Source: Nitrospirota bacterium
Lineage (GTDB): Bacteria; Nitrospirota; UBA9217
NCBI GenBank assembly: GCA_963818475.1
Contig: CAWFSF010000005.1
Coordinates: 224,001-288,000 of the forward strand
Direction: 5' to 3'
Length of the DNA: 64,000 nucleotides
Positions 52,318-64,000 of this stretch are shown piece by piece. Below the pieces are notes generated by a model. That model did no database searches. It saw only the letters and a list, made by a program, of their open reading frames with translations, and was not told where the DNA came from. Numbering within the stretch: the stretch's first letter is position 1; each line of letters starts with the position of its first letter. Position numbers and translations under genes: made by a program.

Positions 52318-52481
52318 CTAGTACACTGTAAATCTAATTCTTGATGGTATCGCGTCTCTTTTTCTCGTCACCCCGGCATGATTTTAGCCGGGGTCCAGAG
52401 GTTTAAATCCCTGGATTCCGGCTTAGAACGTGCCGGAATGACGGCGTTGAACCATTAACAACTAAGTTTACGATGTACTAG
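52318..52481. mobile_element. MITE-like element with 31-bp imperfect terminal inverted repeats enclosing a family C palindrome
   Basis: ctagtacactgtaaatctaattcttgatggt vs reverse complement of right end ctagtacatcgtaaacttagttgttaatggt (24/31); internal gtcaccccggc..gccggggtccag..ctggattccggc..gccggaatgac. Confidence 0.7.
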
Positions 52482-52530
52482 TTTACCAGAGCAGGCACGC
52501 CATCACGCTAGTGCATTTGGCTTGACTGGG

Positions 52531-53043
52531 CTATTTCTCCTTTGCCAGACACTGCACGATCTCTCCCGCGTACATGCGGTGATAGTCCTTCAGCGGATAC
52601 ATTTCACTGATCCCTGGATCAAGGAACTGTTCGGGGCTGATGTCCTGGAAGTAGAGCTTCCTGCAGACGAGCACAAGCCTCGCCTCTTCAAAATAGATCA
52701 CCTTGTCCTTTTTCACGGGCACAAGTCCCGCACCCTTGATCTTGTCCGTGTCCCTGCCAGAGTGCGAACCGCAGAAGGCCAGGGCCTTGCGATGCCGCTC
52801 TTCAAAGAAGGAAAGCGTGAACTCCCCGGCCTTTTCCATGAACCCATAGGTATGCCGCGTGGGCCTGATGAAGCAGAAGGCGACCTTCTTTTCCCACAGC
52901 ACGCCCAGCCCGCCCCAGCTCGCGGTCATGGTGTTGAACGACTCAGGCGTGCCCGCGGTGATGAGCATCCAATCCTTCCCGATCAGTTTGAACGGATTGT
53001 CGGCAAGCAGTTCCGGTTTTATTTCGCTAAATCCCATCTGCAA
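52531..53043 (-). CDS. Flavin reductase family protein
   Basis: NTMTASWGG, RP.RHT, CGSHSGRD.DK, YH.MY.GEI. Confidence 0.92.
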   Translation of the reverse strand: MQMGFSEIKPELLADNPFKLIGKDWMLITAGTPESFNTMTASWGGLGVLWEKKVAFCFIRPTRHTYGFMEKAGEFTLSFFEERHRKALAFCGSHSGRDTDKIKGAGLVPVKKDKVIYFEEARLVLVCRKLYFQDISPEQFLDPGISEMYPLKDYHRMYAGEIVQCLAKEK

Positions 53044-53082
53044 TTCCTCCTCTGATTGTTATTATGATCCTGAAAACGGCAG

Positions 53083-53231
53083 TTGGCCGCAGATGAACGC
53101 AGATTTTCGCAGATAAAAATAGTAGTTCAAGTGGGAGAATCTTTCATCACAAGGATAGGCCTTCATGAATATCAAAATAAATTCTGAGAGTCTGCCTTAT
53201 CTGCGTTTATCAGATTTTATCTGCGGCCGAA
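53083..53231. repeat. REPIN-like inverted repeat element, family A
   Basis: ttggccgcagatgaacgcagattttcgcagataa ... ttatctgcgtttatcagattttatctgcggccga. Confidence 0.88.
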
Positions 53232-53304
53232 TTTTCCTTAGTATTTATCGATCACGTAGTTAGTGCCGCATTTACTGAAGTGAGCTGCCTTTCTTGGAGC
53301 CCCT

Positions 53305-54033
53305 TCACGCGGCGGAATCAATGAATTCTATCCCCAGCGCCTCGCTAAACCCCTGCACAAAAGCCTGCCTCACCTCGTCAAGAGAAACATCGCGGCCCAG
53401 TTCCCGATTGATGGACGTGACCACATCTCCCGCGCATCCGCCGGGAATCACTTGGGCCTCCCGCTGCGGGTCGTAGTCGATCAGAATAGAGCCGTGCTGC
53501 AGGAACGCGCCTGAGGCCCGCCGCTGAGCGCTGCCGACGATCTTGCGGCCCTGCACCAGGATCTCGTACCATGACGGGGAGGAAAAACAGGCGGCGTCCT
53601 TTGCATTCTTATCCACACGCTCTGCATGTCTGCCTCCGCGCGAGACGATCTCTGCCGGGACGCCGATGTTCCTGAGCCCCGCGAGGAGTCCGGCGGCTAT
53701 GACCTTGTAGGTGCCGAGCACATTAGCGGGGAAGAGAGGATTGTCGGTCCGGGCAATGATGCTGTAGGTAAGTTCTTTATCGTGAAGCACTGCCCTTCCG
53801 CCGGTGATGCGGCGCACGATGTCGAAGCCAAGCCGCTTGCAGCCTTCGGCATTCACTGCTGTTTCGCTTTTCTGGAACCTGCCAAGCGAGACCGCAGGGG
53901 GTTGCCAGGCATAGAACCGGAGAACCGGCAGGTCCTCACCTGCCTGCGCGCGGGCCAGCAGCTCTTCGTCAAGGGCCATGTTGTAGATGCCGAGGTTGGG
54001 GCCGGTATGTATGTATCGCCATGGTTTCATCAT
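53305..54033 (-). CDS. Lipoate-protein ligase A family (LipM-like octanoyltransferase)
   Basis: NMALDE, RRITGGRAVLH, ACF, RKIVGSAQ, LQHGS. Confidence 0.9.
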   Translation of the reverse strand: MMKPWRYIHTGPNLGIYNMALDEELLARAQAGEDLPVLRFYAWQPPAVSLGRFQKSETAVNAEGCKRLGFDIVRRITGGRAVLHDKELTYSIIARTDNPLFPANVLGTYKVIAAGLLAGLRNIGVPAEIVSRGGRHAERVDKNAKDAACFSSPSWYEILVQGRKIVGSAQRRASGAFLQHGSILIDYDPQREAQVIPGGCAGDVVTSINRELGRDVSLDEVRQAFVQGFSEALGIEFIDSAA

Positions 54034-54050
54034 AAGATTGAAAACGGCAT

Positions 54051-54085
54051 TTGGCCGCAGATGAACGCTGATTTTCGCAGATAAA
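54051..54085. repeat. Single arm of family A repeat
   Basis: ttggccgcagatgaacgctgattttcgcagataaa; flank tgaaaacggca shared with 53071. Confidence 0.8.
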
Positions 54086-54153
54086 GCTGGGCATCCATCA
54101 GGAAAGATCCCTCAGCAGAAGAGCAAATTTGCGGTGACTCCCCGACCCCGCGG

Positions 54154-55074
54154 TCACTTTTTACTATAGAACGAAGGCTCGTTGTTCGGCCGCGTCTTGA
54201 ACCTCCGGTACGACCACATATACTGCTCCGGCTTTTCGCGGACCAGCCGTTCGATCTCCTCGTTCATGCGCTTGGCGTCTTCGACAGGGTCCTTGCCGGG
54301 AAAGTCCTTAAGGGCAGGATGGAACCGCACTTCGCAGCCCCGGCCGTAGGGCAGAACGTGGGTGGTGCAGGGAACGACTGCCGCGTTCGTGCTCTCTGCG
54401 ATACGACTGAGCGCCGTGACCGTTGCCGCAGGAATGCCGAAGAACGGCACGAACACGCTTAAGCGCTCGCCCATGTCCTGGTCCGGGAGATAGTAGAACT
54501 GCATGCCGTCGCGAATGCTCCTGATGAGCGGCCTCAGGCTGGCCAGGTGCATCACCATGAACGCGCCGAACCGTTCCCGCCGCCGGAAGAGATACTCCAG
54601 GAGCGGGCTTCTCGACTTCCGGTACATGGATACGATCCTGCGGTCCATGGATACGCGGATCCCGCCGATGTCAAGACCCATGAAATGGGGGGCAAGCAGG
54701 ATTGCGTTCCTACCGCGTGCCAGAACAGCATCGAGATGATGCTCGTCGCGCAGGGTGACGACGCGCCGGAGCCGCCAGGCAGGCGCGAACCAGGCAACGC
54801 CGAGGTTCAGCAGCGCGATGCCGGCGGCGCGGAAGTGGCGCCCAAGCAGCCGCCGACGCTCGTCCGGGCCGAGCTCGGGGAAGCAGAGCTCGATGTTCCG
54901 CGATGCAATGCGGCGCGCCGGAGAATTGAACAGGGAAAAGAACCACCCCAGGGCATTGCCCTGGACCCAGAGCACGCGTTGGGGAAGCCAGCTGATGACG
55001 ATGACGCAGGTCAGGATAAGCAGTGCGTACCAGTTCCGGGGGCGAAGAAATGTTTTGAGGGTTACCGTGGCCAT
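54154..55074 (-). CDS. Lipid A biosynthesis acyltransferase (LpxL/HtrB family)
   Basis: HFMGLD, YLPDQD, VPFFG, PEQYMWSYRRFK. Confidence 0.92.
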   Translation of the reverse strand: MATVTLKTFLRPRNWYALLILTCVIVISWLPQRVLWVQGNALGWFFSLFNSPARRIASRNIELCFPELGPDERRRLLGRHFRAAGIALLNLGVAWFAPAWRLRRVVTLRDEHHLDAVLARGRNAILLAPHFMGLDIGGIRVSMDRRIVSMYRKSRSPLLEYLFRRRERFGAFMVMHLASLRPLIRSIRDGMQFYYLPDQDMGERLSVFVPFFGIPAATVTALSRIAESTNAAVVPCTTHVLPYGRGCEVRFHPALKDFPGKDPVEDAKRMNEEIERLVREKPEQYMWSYRRFKTRPNNEPSFYSKK

Positions 55075-55257
55075 AGTTAGTAAGCTGCCTTGCGGCTTCT
55101 GCGTCCTGCAGGTTACGTACTTTCAGGCAGCGCTGCGGGCAGCAGTGCGCATTGTAGCCTGCCGGACCCGCCAGTTCAAGAGCAAAATGTGCATGTGCGC
55201 GTTTTGCCGGCCTCTGTCAATGGCGTCGGATCCTTTTGCCTCCTCCCTGCAAAACCT

Positions 55258-58200
55258 CTAAGGTATCACCCTGATGAAGTCCACGCCTTCGAACGTCGCA
55301 GTCCCTATCCTGCCGGTCACGTGGACAGGCACCTGGTCGCCGTCCGGAAGGATTGCGATCATTGAGCTTCGATCGAACTTCACCTTGAGCACGTCATGAT
55401 CATGCTCCGCGCGGTCTTGATCGCACCCGTGATCGTAGTGATGATAGCTGTGATCATAAGGCCGCGTCTCGGCAGGGACGACACCTTCAAGCCTGATCGA
55501 GGATAGGTCCACGTCCAATGCCCGGTATCCATGGGGTAGTTCCATCTCTACCATGACCCAGTTGCCGTTGCTCTTTTTATTGAGCGTCTCGGGCTCCACC
55601 TCGATATCGACATTGATGCCGGTCTGAGGCACATGGACCGTAAAGGACGCGTTGTTCATCCAGGGGCCGTACCGGTCGCCGTCAAAGGCCCGCGCCCGCC
55701 ACTGGTAAGCAGTGTTATCTGAAAGCGGCGCGGCAAGCGTCATGGTCGTGATACCGGCGCCGCCCTGGGGCACGCCGGAGAGGGACTGGATAAGCGCCAT
55801 GCCGCTGTAGATCTCGACGTCGTACGTGAGGTTGTCGCTGTCGGGATCAACAGCGTTCGTTACTGCAAGGAGCGGGTTAAGCGTCGCAACGGTGCTTCCC
55901 TCCGCCGGAGAAGACAGGACCGGCGCGCCCGGCGCGTCGTTCGCGGTGTTCACGAAGAACGAGGACGCGTCCGACCAGCCGCTTGCAATAGCGCCGTCAA
56001 AGGCACGAGCCCGCCAGTAATAAGTGCCGTTCTCTGAAAGCGCCACCGGAACGGTCCAGGTCGTATTGCCCGGTGTTTCGGCAAGGACCCCGGAACTCGC
56101 TGCCAGGGTTGACAGTCCCGCATCTCCATAGACCTCGAACTCATAGGTCAGGACGTCCCTGTCGGGATCAGTCGAATTCCAAACTGACAGCACGGGGTTG
56201 GACACAGTCACGCCGGAACCGTTCGAAGGATTGGCCGGAACAGGAACGCTTGGAGCGTCGTTCGCGGTATTTACGAAGATGCTGATAATCTGCGACCACG
56301 CGCTCTCGGCCGCTCCGTCGCTCACTTTCGCGCGAACAAAGTATTGCGTATTTTCCTGCAGCCCTTCCGCGTGCCAGGAAGTGGTTCCCTGTCCTTCCGC
56401 GATGCCTCCGGAACGGAAGATCTCTGCGCTGTCGAAGGTCAGGACCGTGTCGATCTCGAAGAAATAGGTCAGGACAGCTGAATCAGGATCAGCGCTGTTC
56501 CTAACGACCACATCGGCGGCAAGAAACGGTACCGTGCTGTTGTCCAGAGGCGTGGTGATCAGCGGCGAACTCGGCGCATCATTTTCCGTGCTCACGAAGA
56601 ATCTGCCCGTTGTCGACCACGGTCCCTCGATCTGTTGGTCATCGGCCTGTGACCGCCAGAAGTACCAGGCATTTTCCTGGAGGTTTACCGGGACCTGCCA
56701 GGACGTCGTACCCTCGCCACCTGCAACCTTTTTCATGGTCGCGGTGATCTGTGCAAAATCGGGATCGAGGGCCAGATCGAAATTATAGGTAAGGACCGGG
56801 CTGTCCGGATCTGCGGCGTTCGTGACCGCGAGCACCGGGGCAAGCGTGTCTACCCAGGTGCCGTCAGCCGGACTCGTCAACGTCGGCGCCGAGGGCGGAT
56901 CGTTCGCGGTGTTCACCCGGAACGATGCTGCCGCCATCCACGGGCCGTACAGCTTTTCGTCATAGGCCCTGGCCCTCCAGAAATACGTACTGTTTTCCTG
57001 CATATCGGCCGGCACGGCCCAGGCGGTCGTCCCGGTCTGCTCAGCAATCGGTCCGGACGAAGCGACCAGGTGCATAAGCCCGCCGTCTGCGTATACTTCG
57101 AACTCATAGGTGATCCGGTCGTCGTTCGGATCCGCAGCATTGCTGATCGTGAGGAACGGTGTGAATGTGTCCACATCAGAGCCGGCGCCGGGCGAGAAGA
57201 GCGCCGGGACGGTGGGCGCGCCTTCAACTCTGAAATATGTTGCTGCAAGCGTTTCTTCGGTGCCGTTGATATGCGCCCGGAGAACGACGAGATAGTCCTT
57301 GGCACTGTAGGCCGTGGTATCGATCGTTCCGCTCCCTGAATAGGCGGCACCGATGGACAACGTCGCCTGGGACGAGAGGGCATCGTACACGGTCTGGTTG
57401 ACGGCATGGACGGCCTGGGCGGAAAGCGATATATCCTGCAAGTCGACATTTCCGATGTTCGTCACTGAATAAGAGACGTTCACGGGCTCGCCGGCCATGA
57501 GGCTCTGCTTGTCCACGGACACCTGACCCCGGAGTGCGGACTTGGGCGTTACGTTATTGCTGATCACGAGGTTCTGCGTGCCTGTGGCGATGATCGCGCC
57601 TGTCGCATCTTTCACTTCAAGCGTGACGGGATAGGTCCCCGGGGAGTACGCGGCGGTGTTCCAGAATGCCTTGAACGTGAATGACGCGCCGGGCATGAGG
57701 GTTGTGATGGTCTTTGTTTCCGAATAGAGCGCGCTTCCCTCCCCTGACCCTTGATCCATGGCCCTTGCGATTGTTATTTTCGCCGTCAGGTTTTCGTGAA
57801 CACCCTCTCCGCTTTGGCTCGTGATGACGGACGTTATCGTTGCCTGTTCGTTTGCGCTGTAGGATATTTTGTCCGTGACAAGCGCAACGCTGATGCTTGC
57901 GTCGAGGCTTCCGCTGTATGCCACGGTTTTCGTTATCGTCTGGTTTAAATCGCCGGTGCAGGTCGCGGTGTACGTCATAGCGCTGGTTATCTGCTGCGAG
58001 TACTGGAACAGCTTTGTTTCTCCGGGAAGCACCATGATTTGCTCTGATGTATCTAAATTCGCGCCCTGCACTCCGCATTCCGTGCTCGCAGCTACCTTGC
58101 CGACGTTATTGAGCGTCAGGGTGACAGGAAACGGATCGTTGCCTGGCCGCATCAGGCGCGGTGAGCGTTGCCGTCACGGCCGATGAGCCAACTTCGTATT

Positions 58201-61200
58201 GGTCTGCTATTTCGGCAAGATTCGATCCGGTCTGCGTCACCGTTCCGGCAAGCGAAGAGACTCCGACAGGTCCTGCATGGTTGTCGTGGTGAACGAGATG
58301 CCTTTCTTGGCCGGCACATCGAAAGGTTCCGTATAGATTGAACTTGGTTGCCGGCCGTCAGCTGACACCGTACGCTACGATAAGCTGTCGCACTAGCTGC
58401 CAGGTTTCTCACTTCCCCGGTGATCGTCACCGTCTCGCCGGGTTTGTAAATCTTTTTGTCCGTGCTGAAGGAGAGTATGGTATTCCCCTGGATAACATAG
58501 AAGGGATATTCCGAGGTCGCGATGGTCTGCCCGGTGCTGGAGGTCAGCGCGCCCTGCAGGTAGAGCTTGCCGGGAACATCGAGCGTGCCGATCGAATTGG
58601 TAAGATTAGAAACCATGCCCTGCGCCAGATGTATCGGCGCGTCGGTCTGCCAGAGGACGTCTCCCGCGTAATAACCATAGGTAACTTTAATATCGTTAAG
58701 AAGAGGGTAGTTATCGTGTCTGTTGTCGCCAAAGCAGCTTCGATCTCGATCCAACGGCCTTGGGACTGGTTATTGCCGATCCACTGGCTGTGATATAGTC
58801 GCTCCACGTTGCGATGGACAATCCAGCGTCGGTGTCAGAACTGCGGGTGCGAAGCTTTATTGATGTGCCGAGCGGAGTAGTCGTATTGAAGGTTATATTT
58901 TCCCAATGAGACTGTTGGCCGCCGTCATATTTAGCGCGCCACGTACCGGATGAAGCATATTTTGTGTTGCGCGCAGTGAAGTTATCAAAACCTGCGCTTG
59001 CGTTTCCATTACTCCCCATCCACACCTTCATAAGAGGTCGCACCGGTTCCGCTGTAAAATTCGCTACGTTTCCAAGCATGACCCAATTTGTTCCATCATG
59101 GTAATACGTGCTAAGCTGGCTGCCTGTTCTGGCAATGCGCAGTTTTCCCGAAGTGTCAGAAGTGGGGACTTCATCCGTGTTTGCCATCACATCATTGACC
59201 TTGATACCTCGCAGATAAAATTCGCCGCTGCTGTTATGCATCCGTTTGATCATCGCAAAATTACCCGAGAATTGACCCGCGTCCGCGACAATAGCCAATT
59301 CCGGTCCTGTATCTCCAGTGGCATTGGTGCTGAACTCGCTCCAATCAACCTGGATGTCAAAATCGTTCAATAAGTAAGACCAGTTCTTTGTTTCTACGTT
59401 CTCGCCGTATAAACCGTTATTCACCTTGATATACAGCTTGCCGTTTTGGGTGACAAATGACCCCGAGTTATTCCCCCACAGATCGAGCTTTTCCCATCGA
59501 TCCATATTCAATACTCCGGGATCGTAATTGTCATTAGCCGGCAGCAGCCGCACGGAATCAACCGTCTCGTTCTTGGTTACAATCCTGCCGGAGTTGATCT
59601 TAAAATTATCAAATTTGGCGTTTGCCGAATATCCCTGCCCTCGCCATATCCATAATTGAACGGAGGGTTTGTCCGCAAACTGTGAATACGTCCTGCTTAA
59701 CATTTGAGTCCAGCCGGAACCATTCCAGTAGTAAGTCGCAATATTGCTGCCCATTCTCGTAATCCTCAAGCGGCCGGAGGAAACATAGCTTCCCGCGCCC
59801 GCCGAAGCGACCCTGCTTCCGTTTATGTTAATACCGCTTGAATAGCCGCCCGATGACATATTTTTCACAAAGACCCAGTAAGTACTCGCATATAAAGCGA
59901 ATTCAGGGCCCTCGTCCAGGGCACTGTTATTCGAATCAAAATCAACCTGAATATCGAAATCACCGTCAAGCTGCCATAAACTTTTCGCACCGGATGCAGT
60001 CGTAGCATCATTTATGTACAGTTTGCCCGACTGAATACTGACATTGCCCCACGAGGACCATTTATTGCTATCAAGAGAAGTTTTGTCGAAATCATCATTC
60101 GGTATCAGCCAGTCATTCATGCCATATGTGTCTACACCGTTTCTAACCCCCTCTTGAAAATCGTTTTGACTCGCCCAGGTCTTCGACTTCTGGCTGTCCC
60201 CTGCCGCAGTGACCTGTAAATGCAGGTTTCCATTCTGGAGCGCGGTGCCGGTGTTGGTGATCGCACCGTAGCTCGTGATATTTTCGGTCGTGAGATAGCT
60301 CGGCTTATCGGTCTGGGCTGACAGGCCGGCCTTGATGCCGGCAATCGTGAGGGGCATGCTCACAATTTCGGTCTTTCCGGTCGATTCATCTTTGTAATTC
60401 GCGATGATGCTGTAACTGCCGTCCACCGCGCCGATAGGAATGGCGAGGGATGGTGTAGCGGTCGATCCGGCCGGTACAATTTGGCTATTGCTTCCCCAGG
60501 AAATTAATGCGGCCTTTGAATCGAAGAGATCCAGCGTATACTGAACGGTAGTATCAACTCCCCCGGTGTTCGAAATAACGGGGCTGATGCTTCCGCCCGC
60601 AGTATATGCCGTCTGGTCGAGCGACAGAGACAAAGCGGATTCCGGTATTGTGAACTGCGCACTCTGGACGGTAGTCGATCCCGACGGCAGGGTGAGCGTT
60701 ATGGTTGCCGTATGCTGCCCGGCAGTCATAGTATCAGGGATTGCAAAGGAAACCGGTATCTGAACACTTCCGGCACCCTCGCCCCCTGCGGGAGAGGGGG
60801 AAGCGTTATTGTTTTCGTAAAACCCGCATCCGGGACAGCAAGCGTGATCGTCATGCCCTCCTGGCTGAAATTTCCCGTATTGCTCAGGCTGGTCACGAGA
60901 TTCGCCGTTTCCCTGATCTTGTACGATGCCTTGTCGAACATCATGGTAGCGTTCACCGTGTTCGGCAGCTGGATCGTCATCGCCTGCCCGTCCATCGTTT
61001 CATCGCTCTGCGTATATGTGAGCGTGTATGCGCCGAACTTAATCGCAGGTAGCGATGGGTCATAAGCAAGAGTTTTGGTCTCACTTGTTCCCAAACTAAA
61101 CGACTGCGTCGCGCTGGATATCACCTGGCCGTCGGGGTCCGTGAGGATCACGTTGAGCGCACCGGAGGATACGGCGTATGTGCCAGTGTTCGCAAGGTTG

Positions 61201-62988
61201 AAGGAGACAGTGTTTGCGCCGGTGATGAATGCGGCGGGCAATACGGGGGTCACTGATATCTGGCTCGTGAATATGCCGAAGTTGGTCGATACATCCCCTA
61301 GTTTCGCCGCGTTTGCGTCATAGACCTCCGCCAGAACCGTGTAGAAACCGCGCTGGGGATTTGCGGGCAGCGCAAAGTTGAGGCTCTGGACAGTCGGGCT
61401 TTTTGCGATCAGGCTCAGGTCCAGGCTCGTGTCGAATACGCTCGCGCCGGAGGGATCGCTTACCCGCAATTTCAGCGTGACCGGATATCCGATCGAGCGG
61501 TTGTTCCTGATGATGATGGAAACGCCGGCGGTGTCGCCCTTCCTGTAGATCGCCTTGTCGGTCTCGGCAAATACATTCACGAAAGCGGGAGGGGTCTTGG
61601 ACATCATGGGGTTGTAGATCAGGACCCCTCCGGCTGCCAGATCGCCGGTGATGGGCACGTTCCAGTATACGTCCCCAGTGGGTCCGGCGGGGGTCCCGAC
61701 GGTGATGGTTCCGGGATTGACGCCCGTGATCTTGTACGAGCCGTCAGCAGCGGAAATCGCCTGAAGGGCGTAGATACCCGAAGTCGCCTGTACGGTTACG
61801 CCAGCGAAGGGGATATTATTATCAGCATTCCAAACAATGCCCATGACAGTGCCGGATATGGGATTGACGGACATGACGACCTTGCCGAGGTTGATGAAGG
61901 TGCCTGCGCTGATAGATGCGGTGACGGTGAGTGGTGAATATCCGGCCAAGGAAAGGGTTATCTGCTGACTGCCGACCGGGATGCCGGAGAGCGCGAACAT
62001 GCCGCTTGCGTTCGATGTGGCGGTGTATGATGGATCACCGGTGAGCAGAATGCTGACGCCTGATAGTAGCGTATTAGTCGTTGCATCTACGATGGTGCCC
62101 ATGAGCGAGCCGGTTGTTGCTGCGGGCGGCGGCGAGGCGGGTATGTGCTCGGAGAGATAGAGCGCCTTGAGCGCAAGGGCTGTGCTGTAAGGATCGTCGT
62201 TCCAGGAACCATTGGATGATTGCGTGGTTGTGATGTAGTTCAGAGCATTGCCGAGGATCGTCGCGTCGGTTGATATGCCGACTAATGCGGAATACGCGAG
62301 AGATGTTTCATACACAGTGGATATAGGGTATCCGAACCCGCCGTCTGTGTTCTGATGACTGGAGAGATATGCCGTGGCTTTAGTGATTGCTGTGGCGATA
62401 GTCGAAGTTTGGGGGAATTGCTGGAGTGTGGCTGCGACGATTGCGGTCATGTAGATTGTGCTGGGATCGTCTTTGAAGAAACCCAAATCCGCCGTCTGCG
62501 TTTTGGCTGTTCGTGAGATAGGCGAGTCCGGTGTTGCTGACTGAGAGATCGGGGTGATTCGCGGCTTTAAGGGCTTGGAGGGCGAGGGCGGTTGAAAGAG
62601 GGTCATTTGCAGGTCCATTTTTATAATCCCAACCACCATCCATGTTTCGACGACCGAGCAATGTGCTTATTAGTCCGCTGGAATCAGTGCCGCTGCTGTA
62701 CAAGGAATATATTTGACGAGATAACTCATCGGCAGAGTTTGCAGTTTGAAGGGCAAGCCAAGTTATTCCGTTTGTATAATTTACAGAACCAGTGCTAGTA
62801 GATTTTAATGCATTGGCCACTTCAGCGCTGTATACAACAGTCAAATCTGCCTGGGAGCCCCAACTGCCATCAGTGTTTTGATTTTCCGATAGCCATGTTA
62901 TGCCGTTAACTATTGAGGTGCTTTGTGCGTAGCAAGGAATCGACCATAATGAGAAAGCAATTATCGTCAGGCTAAGAATCTTTTTCAT
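55258..62988 (-). CDS. Giant secreted multidomain surface protein (about 2500 aa if intact; many frameshifts)
   Basis: Signal peptide MKKILSLTII; QxxDGxW/F prenyltransferase-like repeats; two carboxypeptidase-regulatory-like domains; Ig-like domains; two lectin-like repeats; five Fn3-like repeats; ORFs abut in different frames without evident RBS. Confidence 0.75.
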
Positions 62989-63040
62989 ATAGACTCCACA
63001 TAATTTGAGACTGCCTTGAGCATCGGTGAATATCGTCAAT

Positions 63041-63761
63041 TTATTTGAATGGGTTTATTTTAATGACATTCAAGAAAGAATCAAAAGTATATACATTACC
63101 ATTCTTATCAAAATTATAAATCGGTCCATCTTCATCAGAAGCTATTTCAACACCATTACATTGGGCTGCTATCTTTTTACCATCTCTAACAGTAATTGAA
63201 TACAATATCTTTCCTGGATATTTTGTATCTGGGATATAAGATTCAATGTCATAAATATGATTGACGAACCTACCCTTTGGGATATGAGCAAATATGCCTT
63301 TCTGCCTATCGTCACGAGAACCGACCGACTCTTGATATTTTCCATCGGGATAGTAAATTTCTACTCTGTCTTCAAAAAAATTCCAGACATACACCTTATC
63401 ATCTTTATCAATACCTATATCCTGGATGATATGGCTAATTTCGGGCTTAATCTTTTTCACAGGTGGCTGCAACTTGAATTCAAATAATAATTTCCCCGTA
63501 TCGTTGAATTTCAAAACACGGTAATTTACCGAGTTACCAACATAGATATTACCCTTACTATCTATGGCAAGCGCGCGAGGGCTGACAGAAAATCTCTCGC
63601 CGTCCGGATCACCAAGAGTCTTTTGTAGCTTTCCGAAACCATTAGGCCCCTCCGAGTTTTTAATAACCAGCTCTTTAAAACACCTTTCTCCCTTCAGCTT
63701 GAGCATGTGATGTCATCATGCAGATTAAAATAATAGCAAATGCAATAATTGCTCTTTTCAT
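63041..63761 (-). CDS. Low-GC secreted NHL/beta-propeller-like protein (frameshift near 63690)
   Basis: Signal peptide MKRAIIAFAII at 63761; PRALAIDSKGNIYV...RVLKF and DIGIDKDDKVYV...RVEIY NHL repeats. Confidence 0.75.
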
Positions 63762-63796
63762 TTGGGCTCCATCGTTACTAACGCATCGTGCATTCT

Positions 63797-64000
63797 TTAT
63801 CTAATGAACACAGGGTTTCTCGCATCCTCAGCAACTTTTCTCTTTTGGCCTGTCACTGTGTTAACATAACTAATGTCCAAATTGACGTTTTCTGCTTGGT
63901 CCTCGTAATACAGATCATTAGACAAACCCAAGCTAAACTTTGCCGGAGCAAAGGCTGGTTGAATTTTTATTTCTTTTATTTTTTCCATTTTTTCTGCACT
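63797..64000 (-). CDS. Hypothetical protein, C-terminal part only (propeller-like end)
   Basis: Open frame to the window edge; ends TGQKRKVAEDARNPVFIR. Confidence 0.55.
   Translation of the reverse strand, partial: SAEKMEKIKEIKIQPAFAPAKFSLGLSNDLYYEDQAENVNLDISYVNTVTGQKRKVAEDARNPVFIR

Overview
Bacterial chromosomal DNA, mostly GC-rich, with gene content and dispersed repeats suggestive of Nitrospirota/Desulfobacterota (inference only). At least 12 genes are split by single-base indels, most likely long-read assembly errors. About 50 genes are present: housekeeping (purH, pilT, fused transketolase, yaeQ, yciH, ychJ, thrC, hrpB, galT, lipid A acyltransferase, lipoate ligase), signalling (CHASE3-PAS-GGDEF-EAL, a CusRS-like pair next to an LTA-synthase-like gene, creBCD, several REC fusions), two B12-type radical SAM enzymes, a three-gene flavin/Fe-S operon and a ~7.7 kb giant secreted multidomain gene. 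No rRNA, tRNA, CRISPR array, integrase or transposase was seen. Best candidate for an undescribed system: a histidine kinase followed by a REC-TPR-HEPN protein (RNKAVH, Rx4H motif) translationally coupled to a degenerate MotB/OmpA-like membrane protein (39856-42497), i.e. a possible phosphorylation-switched RNase. Other highlights: a plant-type threonine synthase/cystathionine gamma-synthase operon, a low-GC relic patch with an attC-like cassette and a group IIC intron 3' remnant, readable CreB and PhoB-like operator arrays, and several REPIN/MITE-like repeat families, some inserted in frame inside genes.
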